Below are positions 11,801 through 21,481 of a stretch of 45,400 nucleotides of DNA, in pieces. Position 1 is the stretch's first letter. Every line of letters starts with the position of its first letter. Source of the DNA: Promethearchaeota archaeon (lineage in GTDB: Archaea > Asgardarchaeota > Lokiarchaeia > Sigyniarchaeales > SOKP01); the NCBI GenBank assembly GCA_029838195.1, contig JALGVJ010000041.1, forward strand, positions 1 to 45,400. The letters run 5' to 3'. The translations under genes were made by a program, and so were the position numbers. A model generated the notes under the pieces. It was not told where the DNA came from. It saw only the letters and a list, made by a program, of their open reading frames with translations, and made no database searches.

Positions 11801-14739
11801 ACATTTCAGTCCCAGATGTGAAAGGACTGATTTTTAGTCGCAAAGGAACAAGCTTCAAATAGAAGATTGAAATTCATCTTCAATTTCTGAAATGTTGTTT
11901 GACGATATTGGTCGCAAAGGAACAAGCTTCAAATAGAAGATTGAAATCATTTAATGTCTCTCCTAGAGATTCATATGTTATTCCATGTCGCAAAGGAACA
12001 AGCTTCAAATAGAAGATTGAAATATATAAGGGGGCTCAACGTGACCTCCCCATAGAAGTTGAGTCGCAAAGGAACAAGCTTCAAATAGAAGATTGAAATG
12101 TTTTATAGAACAAGATTAAGATTTGGAGAAGGAGTAGTGTCGCAAAGGAACAAGCTTCAAATAGAAGATTGAAATGTGGACTCCCTTTCACGGGGAGTCC
12201 CCTTTATGCTCTGGTCGCAAAGGAACAAGCTTCAAATAGAAGATTGAAATTATTCTATCAATGTTGCGGGAACCCAATCCTGGCATTTTTGTCGCAAAGG
12301 AACAAGCTTCAAATAGAAGATTGAAATTGAATATCTTGATTAGTGCCCGGGAAAGACCATGTATCTGTCGCAAAGGAACAAGCTTCAAATAGAAGATTGA
12401 AATGACATTCAATCAACTAAATCTGGTCAAATAAAATGCGAGTCGCAAAGGAACAAGCTTCAAATAGAAGATTGAAATTACATCTCATGTTGAGTCCGAA
12501 GGACTCAGCAGCCAAGTCGCAAAGGAACAAGCTTCAAATAGAAGATTGAAATAAATTATTTGGAAACTCAAATCGATCATCTCTTTTCCTTGTCGCAAAG
12601 GAACAAGCTTCAAATAGAAGATTGAAATTAGGGATTCTGACCTCCTTTTTTAGCCCAAACTCCCTCGTCGCAAAGGAACAAGCTTCAAATAGAAGATTGA
12701 AATATTGCCTCAATGTCCTCAACGTAATTACTGATATCGCCGTCGCAAAGGAACAAGCTTCAAATAGAAGATTGAAATATGCAGCAGGTTTTTTTCCCTT
12801 ACCTTTAAATAATATTAATGTCGCAAAGGAACAAGCTTCAAATAGAAGATTGAAATTTTACAGCAAGTCACGGGTAAGGATATTCGCAGAATGGTCGCAA
12901 AGGAACAAGCTTCAAATAGAAGATTGAAATAATCAGTATCCATTCTTATTCAAAACCTCCCTAATTAAGGTCGCAAAGGAACAAGCTTCAAATAGAAGAT
13001 TGAAATTTTAATATAAATGGAAATAATAGAAATGGAATATTATAGTCGCAAAGGAACAAGCTTCAAATAGAAGATTGAAATAAATTTAGTAATTTTTTTG
13101 TCGTATTTCTTTCCATAAGAGTCGCAAAGGAACAAGCTTCAAATAGAAGATTGAAATTCAATCTCATAGAAATATTGGAATTTTCCAAAGAACATGTCGC
13201 AAAGGAACAAGCTTCAAATAGAAGATTGAAATTTAGGGTGTTAACCAAGAATGGGGCAAGACGAGAACGGTCGCAAAGGAACAAGCTTCAAATAGAAGAT
13301 TGAAATCATAGAGGAATTTTTTTTGCCTTTTTATATCTTTTGTCGCAAAGGAACAAGCTTCAAATAGAAGATTGAAATTGGAGGACGATTTTGACCCCGA
13401 CATGGAGGAATTTAGTCGCAAAGGAACAAGCTTCAAATAGAAGATTGAAATGATAAATGGCAATACCGCCTTTTCCCCACATTTCCGTGTCGCAAAGGAA
13501 CAAGCTTCAAATAGAAGATTGAAATTAGAAGATTGAAATCACCCCGACGGGGTTCATATGGTTCTTCTTCTCTTATAGTCGCAAAGGAACAAGCTTCAAA
13601 TAGAAGATTGAAATTTATTAAATTGTTCTACGTAAATCAGTTCATATACCTCGTCGCAAAGGAACAAGCTTCAAATAGAAGATTGAAATTATTAGTTAAA
13701 CGAAAAAGCCCCTTTCTCACAACGTATCGTCGCAAAGGAACAAGCTTCAAATAGAAGATTGAAATCTACATCAATAGCATTACCGAAAATCGTTTATAGG
13801 ACGTCGCAAAGGAACAAGCTTCAAATAGAAGATTGAAATACGATGAGGAGGCGCAGTCCGCACTGGAGGACACGAGCCGTCGCAAAGGAACAAGCTTCAA
13901 ATAGAAGATTGAAATTAATTAATAATAAACATAGAAGAATGGTGTATGCATATGTCGCAAAGGAACAAGCTTCAAATAGAAGATTGAAATTCATAATCGA
14001 TTATTTTTAACAATTTTTTTTCACTCCGTCGCAAAGGAACAAGCTTCAAATAGAAGATTGAAATTCATAATCGATTATTTTTAACAATTTTTTTTCACTC
14101 CGTCGCAAAGGAACAAGCTTCAAATAGAAGATTGAAACATGTATTTTTTGTTTGCTTTTATTACTCTCACCGCGTGTCGCAAAGGAACAAACTTCAAATA
14201 GAAGATTGAAACTGCTGTACACGGCATTGCTTAGCCCCTCCGTATCGGGGTCGCAAAGGAACAAGCTTCACATAGAAGATTGAAACGTTGATACGTTTTC
14301 CATCAATTCCTTGAGACAATATCCGTCGCAAAGGAACAAGCTTCAAATAGAAGATTGAAACCAGTTCCAGCACCAAACTTCATATATTGCTACATTCGTC
14401 GCAAAGGAACAAGCTTCAAATAGAAGATTGAAATATAATAGTCCTAAACCTATTCCTCCAGCCTTTTGATTTAAAGTCGCAAAGGAACAAGCTTCACATA
14501 GAAGATTGAAATCGATAATACGATTTTAGTGGTTTGTAGAGGCTATAATTCGTCGCAAAGGAACAAGCTTCAAATAGAAGATTGAAATCTCGGTAAGTAT
14601 TTCATATAATTCTTATCGCTCGATGGTCGCAAAGGAACAAGCTTCAAATAGAAGATTGAAATTCTTCAATGTCCTCAAAGAATGTGTTTACATCTTTATA
14701 TTGTCGCAAAGGAACGAGCTTCAAATAGAAGATTAAAAT
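5895..14739 (+). CRISPR. CRISPR array 1: 118 repeats / 117 spacers (manual count); 37-bp repeat GTCGCAAAGGAACAAGCTTCAAATAGAAGATTGAAA(C/T)
   Basis: Regular repeats with ~35-44 nt spacers. The ATTGAAA(C/T) 3' end, the left-side leader and the degenerate last repeat at 14703 fix the orientation. Confidence 0.99.
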
Positions 14740-15084
14740 TCATATATCTCGTCTGGGATTAGCTTTAGTTATTAAAATTCTTATTGATAAGGGTTTATAT
14801 GAGGCAATGCATTAAGAATTAATGATAATAGGATATGAAATACTTGAATGGATTATTCAAATGTAGATAATAAAGGCCCTGAAGTACTTTATAATATTAC
14901 TAAGAAGGGAAGGAATAATTTTAAAAATGGAAAAATAGAAAAGCCCATTAACCAAAGGGAAGGCTATTATATAAGAGGAGGTTTGAAAGGAAAGAAATGA
15001 AGTTAATATAAATTTTAAGCATTTCCATTTGAAAAGGAAAAATGGGCACCAAGAGAGCTTTTTAAATGATTATTAAGAGCATGA

Positions 15085-15600
15085 AGTATAGATAAATAAT
15101 TGAGATGAGGCGTTATTAAAGACTTGGATGAAAAGATCAGCAATGTTATACATTTGATTGGGATTAACCACGTAATTTTTCAAGATATTTGGGATTTCGG
15201 TTTCGATAATGGCATGAGCGTTTTTTCTGCGCGTGTTTTTAATTTTTCCCCATCTTTTCTATTAATCGAGGTCATACCAGGGGCATGTATGGACTGATTT
15301 CATTTTTCGATGACTTGTAGAATTTCAAAAACATATTGGTTTGTCATGGTTTTTTCTCTTAAAATAGAGCGGAGGATGGTTCTTGCGAGAAAGCTAGTCT
15401 TGCGGGGTAAGGTGGACATTTTTTTGAATTCGTTTGCTTTTCCTTGTTTTTGGTAGATAAAACGCCATGTTTTGTTATACTTGTTTGAAACGGCTTGCTC
15501 AAGGTTTAATTATGTGGTTTCGATCGATTTGACGAGTGTTGAAAGAATTGATTTGATTCCTCCAATTTTAGCTGTAAATAGTCAATATCTTGCGTGTTTA
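15085..15600 (-). pseudogene. Degraded coding remnant, possibly a transposase N-terminus
   Basis: Broken reading frames (TNQYVFEILQVIEK*, HAIIETEIPNILKNYVVNPNQMYNIADLFIQVFNNASSQ); no terminal inverted repeats identified. Confidence 0.25.
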
Positions 15601-15823
15601 ATCCATGACGATTAAATTATTTGTACTGATTGATTATTTCAATTGTACGATAATATTTAAGAGCGACGTTATTATTAGCGTGAACAAAAAATTCTCGTTC
15701 CATATTTTTTAAAATATGATGAATTAATAGGAGAGAAATTTTTTCAACCTCTTATATTCCTCCAATTATTTGATCATGAATTTCGGATAAATATTATTCC
15801 CATTTATTGAGAATTTTTAAAAT

Positions 15824-16200
15824 TTAATGGCGAATGTTAGCGATCCTTTCCCCTATTTGGAGGAATGAAGTTCTTATTTTTTTGAGAAAGCTCAATACTT
15901 TGGAATAATCAATCGTATTCCAATGATATAATAAATTTGCCAGATTAGTTAAGAGTTCCGGAAAGAGAGGATTATTCGAGGAAAGTTTGATGGCATTAAA
16001 GGTATCTACCGCAATTTTAAACTTAAAATTCACGAAATACTTTAGCCCCTCAATTAATTTATCATACTGGAAAATATCAAAAGGATTCGGAATGATTACT
16101 AAAATCTCGAACCCTGGTTCAGGCTTTCGTAATATGGGATTATTAATTTTGATTATTAACGTATAGAATATTCAAATTAAATACAGACGCGAATTCTACC
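15824..16200 (-). pseudogene. Possible cas6 remnant
   Basis: NPLFPELLTNLANLLYHWNTI resembles FPLPSLFFGNLANIWNAI of the intact Cas6 at 37643; no G-rich loop; divergent from cas10. Confidence 0.3.
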
Positions 16201-16354
16201 ATCATATTAACCGATAGAATGATAATTAAAAAAATTAACTTAGTGTTAGAGTTAATAAATTATTAAGTAGCAAAAATTTAAATAAGATGAATCTAATTAA
16301 AAAATATAATTAATAATCAATGAGATTATATCCAAAAGAATAAATTATTCATTC

Positions 16355-19150
16355 ATGACTGCTGCGGAAAACTTTTCAGAATTAGTTCCGGAAGAATATC
16401 ATAATGATGTAATTTATGGAGCATTTTTACATGATTTAGGAAAATTTATTTGGAGAGCAGATAAAACTCAACCTAAAAAATACAAGGATTTGAAAGCAGA
16501 AGATTTTGGACGCAATGGGGCTCATGCGAAATGGTCTGCAAATTTTTTTTGCGAGCACCTTAAAGGAAAATTGTTTGAACCGACTAACGATGAAATTATT
16601 GAAAAATTGATACTTTTTCATCATAATCCCGAATCAGACAAATTACAAGTAAATGGCATTGATCTTTTAGATCTAAGAAAAATGGTAAAAATAATCCAGA
16701 TTGCTGATCATGCTTCTTCTGGAGAACGATTACGTAGAGAGACAGAAGAAAAGGAAGAAGAACACCTTGGTGATCCAAGAACAGAATTATTACGTTCAGT
16801 TTTTTGTGATATAGAATTAAAGCATGAATTTAAGAAAGATGGGTATTATTCTTTAAATTCACTAAGTGTAGGCGAAAATATTGATAATTTAGAAGATTCG
16901 CGGGTTTTATTCCCCAAACTAACTAAACAAGAAGCATTTGGGCGATATGCATCTGACACACAACAAGCATATAGAAGATTATATTCTCAATTCATAAAAG
17001 AACTTGAAGAAATAATTAACAATAAAGGAAAAATAACTTTTACCACGCTCTATTTTCTTGCGTTGAAATATTTATTGAATGTCCCATCTGCGACATTTAT
17101 TGATATTCCTGATATATCCCTTTTTGATCACATGAAATCAACAGCAGCTATTGCGTCATGTCTTTTTCAAGATTTAATTATAAAAGCAGGTGGAAATATT
17201 AAAAATATCAAAATGGAAGACCTAACAAATCCGAATGAAAAGCGATATTTACTAATAATGGGAAATATCTCAGGAATTCAAAATTTTATTTATTCAATCT
17301 CTTCAAAAGGAGCAGCAAAAGCACTCAAGGGGCGTTCATTTTTTGTAGAAATAATGGGTAATATCATTTCAAAATTTATTCTTGATCAATTTAACCTTCC
17401 CACGTGTTGTGAAATTTTTTGTGATGGAGGAAATTTTTATTTACTTGCTCCAGCTTCATGTAAAGGGGAATTAGAAAAAACCATAATCCTTATACAAAAC
17501 TATCTTTATAATTTATTCAAGGGAGAATTATTTGTAGATATTGATTGGATCGCTTTTAATAGACATAATTTCCTAATTTCTCCTGAAGAAGAGGGTCAAA
17601 TTGAATTTAAAGAACTTTGGAGTCAAATTAATGCTAAAGTAGGGGCTCTAAAATTTAAAAGATTTAATAAGATTTTATCTCAATCAAATGGATATGATTT
17701 AATATTTAAACCGATAGGTAGAGGAGGAGAGAAGGGGGGGATTTGCAGTATTTGTAAGGAAGAAAAAGAATTATCCGAATTAGATGAGGAAGAAAAATGT
17801 AATTTTTGTCAAGATTTAGAGCAAATCACCCGTAAGATTTCAAGATTAAAATATATTGCGTTAATTAATTTAAAGTCCGTTGAGAATAAAGGATTTAAGA
17901 TCAAAAATGTTAAAGATTTTACCTTACTTTTTAATTACGATATAGATTTGTTAAGGGAAAATGAAATATCCACATTCTTAGCTCAAATAGAAAATAAAAG
18001 AAACAATATTAATCAAGTTTATATCTATTCCATAAATAATACTTCATTAGAAGGGGTATCTAATTCAGTATCCGCTATTTCCACTAATGGTCTGAAATTT
18101 AATTTAGGGTTTGAATTCGTTGGAAATATAATTCCCATGAATGAGAAGAGGAAGGGGGCCATAAAAAGTTTTGATGATATTGCTGAGGACCCGATCACCC
18201 TTGGTACTGATAAAATTGGAATAATTCGAATGGATCTCGATAATCTGGGATTAATATTTTCAAAAGGACTTAAAGTTAATTCATTATCTCGCTTATCAAC
18301 CTTAAGTTTGCGATTAAAATTATTTTTTAAATACTGGATGATTGAAATTTGTAAAGGAAACATAATAGAGGAGGATTTAATTAATCCCGAATATTACAAA
18401 AAAATCAATGAAATCCACGTTAATCAATACGATTGTATTGAGACTTTTAAAAAACGCATTACTAATAATTTTTATCTGCTTTATTCAAGTGGAGATGACC
18501 TATTTCTCATCGGTCATTGGAATGATATTATATTAATTTCAGAAATCATTCAACAAGTGTTCTCCAGATATACCCTACAAAATCCAAATCTAACGATCTC
18601 TGGTGGTGTACTTGTTATTGATTCTAAATTTCCATTATATCAAGCAGCAGATTTAGCTCGTACAGCGGAAGAAAAATCAAAAGCTATTGAAAATAAAAAT
18701 TCCATAACTGTTTTAGGTACTACATATTCTTGGGATGAGTTTAGAGAATTAAGCCTAATAAAAGAAGATTTATTTGAATATTACAAAAATCAAGGCTTAA
18801 GTAAAGCATATATTCACCGATTATTAAGATTTAATGAATTATATAAAAAAGTTCATGATTTTGCCCTTAAATGTCTCAAGTCAAATACTCCCGTATTAAT
18901 TCAAAATAAGAATAAAATTAATCTCTATTATAATGTTGATGATGATCCGGAAAAAACAGCTCATGAAGCTGCTTTTTATAGTGGATGGTATTGGAGATTT
19001 GCGTATTATAATGCAAAAATGAAAAAAAATAAAAAAGCATTACAGTCATATCTTGAACAATTAGAACAAAAAATTGTTCAAGAGAGGAAAATTAAAGATT
19101 TATATTTACCTGCTCGATGGGCAGAATTATTATTAAAAGAAAAAAAATAA
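16355..19150 (+). CDS. cas10: Type III-A Cas10/Csm1
   Basis: HD domain (LHDLGK, ADHASS), DISLFDH, SGIQNFIY, KGRSF, Zn finger CSIC..CNFC, MDLDNLG; cyclase motif reads SSGDD. Confidence 0.97.
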   Translation: MTAAENFSELVPEEYHNDVIYGAFLHDLGKFIWRADKTQPKKYKDLKAEDFGRNGAHAKWSANFFCEHLKGKLFEPTNDEIIEKLILFHHNPESDKLQVNGIDLLDLRKMVKIIQIADHASSGERLRRETEEKEEEHLGDPRTELLRSVFCDIELKHEFKKDGYYSLNSLSVGENIDNLEDSRVLFPKLTKQEAFGRYASDTQQAYRRLYSQFIKELEEIINNKGKITFTTLYFLALKYLLNVPSATFIDIPDISLFDHMKSTAAIASCLFQDLIIKAGGNIKNIKMEDLTNPNEKRYLLIMGNISGIQNFIYSISSKGAAKALKGRSFFVEIMGNIISKFILDQFNLPTCCEIFCDGGNFYLLAPASCKGELEKTIILIQNYLYNLFKGELFVDIDWIAFNRHNFLISPEEEGQIEFKELWSQINAKVGALKFKRFNKILSQSNGYDLIFKPIGRGGEKGGICSICKEEKELSELDEEEKCNFCQDLEQITRKISRLKYIALINLKSVENKGFKIKNVKDFTLLFNYDIDLLRENEISTFLAQIENKRNNINQVYIYSINNTSLEGVSNSVSAISTNGLKFNLGFEFVGNIIPMNEKRKGAIKSFDDIAEDPITLGTDKIGIIRMDLDNLGLIFSKGLKVNSLSRLSTLSLRLKLFFKYWMIEICKGNIIEEDLINPEYYKKINEIHVNQYDCIETFKKRITNNFYLLYSSGDDLFLIGHWNDIILISEIIQQVFSRYTLQNPNLTISGGVLVIDSKFPLYQAADLARTAEEKSKAIENKNSITVLGTTYSWDEFRELSLIKEDLFEYYKNQGLSKAYIHRLLRFNELYKKVHDFALKCLKSNTPVLIQNKNKINLYYNVDDDPEKTAHEAAFYSGWYWRFAYYNAKMKKNKKALQSYLEQLEQKIVQERKIKDLYLPARWAELLLKEKK

Positions 19151-19172
19151 AAAATAAATAAAATGGTGAAAA

Positions 19173-19562
19173 ATGCCAAGAACAGAATATATAATACATA
19201 AAAAAGTAAAGGCCAAACCAAATGATTTCCTAAGTGGCAATGGAAAATTAATCGTAGATGTTTCAATGGACATTGCTAAACAAACTAGTGGCAGATATGG
19301 GGTTACTTCAACTCAAATACGTAGGATTTTTGGAGATCTTAAGCGAAGGCAATACAAAGATTTTAATCTTAATAGAATTCAATTAATTCGTCCAAAATTA
19401 GCTTATACATTTGCTCGTCATGGTACAAAACAAGGTATGGATGTTCTTTTAGGAACTATAGATTTTCTATTAGAAAAAGTAAAAAATAGAGAACATTTTG
19501 ATAATGTCATTAATTTTTTTGAAGCAATTTTAGCATATCATAAAAAATTTGGAGGTAAATAA
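19173..19562 (+). CDS. csm2: Csm2 small subunit
   Basis: TSTQIRRIF, PKLAY, FFEAILAYHKKFGGK. Confidence 0.95.
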   Translation: MPRTEYIIHKKVKAKPNDFLSGNGKLIVDVSMDIAKQTSGRYGVTSTQIRRIFGDLKRRQYKDFNLNRIQLIRPKLAYTFARHGTKQGMDVLLGTIDFLLEKVKNREHFDNVINFFEAILAYHKKFGGK

Positions 19563-19563
19563 A

Positions 19564-20370
19564 ATGACAAAACTTCATTTAAAAGCAAAAATGCAAATTA
19601 TTGGAAAGATACGATTAATAACAGGGCTTAGCATTGGAGGCTCTGGTGGAGGTCTTGAAATAGGGGGTGTTGATAATCCAATAATTCGAAATCCTATAAA
19701 TAATGAACCATACATACCGGGTAGTTCTTTGAAAGGTAAGTTTCGCTCCTTATTAGAAAAACATTTAGGAAAAGAACTGAATAAAGAAGTAATAACGGGG
19801 AAAAATCTAATCCGAATTCACGCGTGTAAAAATGATGGTGATTATAATAATTGTCCCGTATGTCTTTTATTTGGAAGTGCTGAAAAGGAGATTAACAAAC
19901 CAACAAGATTAATTGTAAGGGATTGCCAGTTGATTGATGGGGCTGAATATACTAAAAAGGATTTGGAAGAGAAAGGAGATTTACCATTCTCTGAAATTAA
20001 AACTGAAACGGTCATTGATCGAATTACAGCGCAGGCAATGCCTCGAGAATTAGAACGAGTTCCAGCAGGAGCGGAATTTAATTTAGATTTAATCTATGAT
20101 CTTTATGATGCTAAAGATGTTGAATTTATCGGAGAGGTGTTTAAATGCATGAAACTTTTAGAAGACGATTATTTAGGAGGATCGGGTTCAAGAGGATCAG
20201 GACAAATACAGTTCACCGATTTGAAAATTAATATCAAGGAAGAGGAATATTATAATTCCGGTAAATATAAAGATATCTATGAAAATATAAATAAAGATGC
20301 TAAAACCGTTGAAGAAATTATCCCTAATATTAAAGAGATTCAAGAAAAACTAGTGCCTTTAATTCAATGA
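19564..20370 (+). CDS. csm3: Csm3 (Cas7 group RAMP)
   Basis: IGGVDNP (catalytic Asp), PYIPGSSLKGK, YLGGSGSRGSG; ATG 19564 follows a GGAGGT RBS. Confidence 0.96.
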   Translation: MTKLHLKAKMQIIGKIRLITGLSIGGSGGGLEIGGVDNPIIRNPINNEPYIPGSSLKGKFRSLLEKHLGKELNKEVITGKNLIRIHACKNDGDYNNCPVCLLFGSAEKEINKPTRLIVRDCQLIDGAEYTKKDLEEKGDLPFSEIKTETVIDRITAQAMPRELERVPAGAEFNLDLIYDLYDAKDVEFIGEVFKCMKLLEDDYLGGSGSRGSGQIQFTDLKINIKEEEYYNSGKYKDIYENINKDAKTVEEIIPNIKEIQEKLVPLIQ

Positions 20371-20397
20371 AATAAAAAGATAGAGAGGTTCTTGAAG

Positions 20398-21465
20398 ATG
20401 GTGCTACATCAACTATTAAAGTTAAGACCTAAAACGGCATTTCACATTGGAACTCTAATGGATTTAGAAAATACAGATATAACCATTCATTCAGATACTA
20501 TCTTTAGCGCATTATGCAATATTTCCGGAATATACTTTAATAAGGATGAATATGATAGATTTATTCAACCTTTCATCGAAGGAAATCCTCCATTTCTCCT
20601 AAGTTCGGCTTTTCCATACTATGAGGATAATGAAAATACAATCTTTTTTTTTCCAAAACCATTAATCTTTAAGGATTTCGTTGGTAATGATCCAAAATAT
20701 GTAAAAACCTATAAAAAAATAATATATATTTCGGAAAAATTATTTGATGCCTATCTCACGGGAGATGATGAATTTTTAGAATCAAATTTTAAAGATAAAA
20801 ATAACAATATTATTGAAAATAATTTTATCCAAGGTTTTAATATCTGGATATCCAGCGAAGAAAGAGAATTAATTCCCGAAATTAACGAGTTTTGGAAAAT
20901 AACAAGATTACCGAGAGTTGTAATTGATCGACCAACTAATTTAACAGGAATTTACCATTATTCACGGGTTTTTTTTCACGAAAATGTTGGTTTATTCCTA
21001 TTAATTAATATAATTGATAAAAAAAATGATTCGGCCATTATAAACGACTTATTTTTAAAATTTCGTTATTTAGGTGATACGGGGCTTGGTGGTGAAAGAA
21101 GTATTGGAAATGGATTTTTTGAATTAGATTTTGATGAAAAAGACAAATTATTTTCAATTGAAATTCCTGAACATTCAGAAAATACTGATTTTGGCTTAAC
21201 TCTGTCACTTTATATCCCTACTGAAAATGAGATCAAGCATAGAGTATTAGACAACAACTCGTTTTATCAATTGACAAGGCGAACTGGATGGATATCACAA
21301 AAAACTTACTTTCGAAAAGCTATCAACTTGATAATTGAAGGAAGTGTTTTCAAAAAATTAAATGGATCTATAATGGGAAAAATGGTTGATCTAACTCCAG
21401 AAATTCTGTCCCGAGAAGATCCAACTTTTAAATGCCATCGATATGGCTATGCTTATCTATTATAA
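20398..21465 (+). CDS. csm4: Csm4 (Cas5 group RAMP)
   Basis: IHSDTIFSAL, LSSAFPY, GLGGERSIGNGFF, EGSVF, YGYA. Confidence 0.95.
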   Translation: MVLHQLLKLRPKTAFHIGTLMDLENTDITIHSDTIFSALCNISGIYFNKDEYDRFIQPFIEGNPPFLLSSAFPYYEDNENTIFFFPKPLIFKDFVGNDPKYVKTYKKIIYISEKLFDAYLTGDDEFLESNFKDKNNNIIENNFIQGFNIWISSEERELIPEINEFWKITRLPRVVIDRPTNLTGIYHYSRVFFHENVGLFLLINIIDKKNDSAIINDLFLKFRYLGDTGLGGERSIGNGFFELDFDEKDKLFSIEIPEHSENTDFGLTLSLYIPTENEIKHRVLDNNSFYQLTRRTGWISQKTYFRKAINLIIEGSVFKKLNGSIMGKMVDLTPEILSREDPTFKCHRYGYAYLL

Positions 21466-21481
21466 TTATACATGGAGTTGA

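Noticed and set aside
5872-14376. Many short ORFs with recurring FNLLFEACSFAT / VAKEQASNRRLK peptides
   Set aside because: Translations of the CRISPR repeat, not genes
14740-15080. Purine-rich, coding-like stretch after the last repeat
   Set aside because: Multiple stops and no recognisable family
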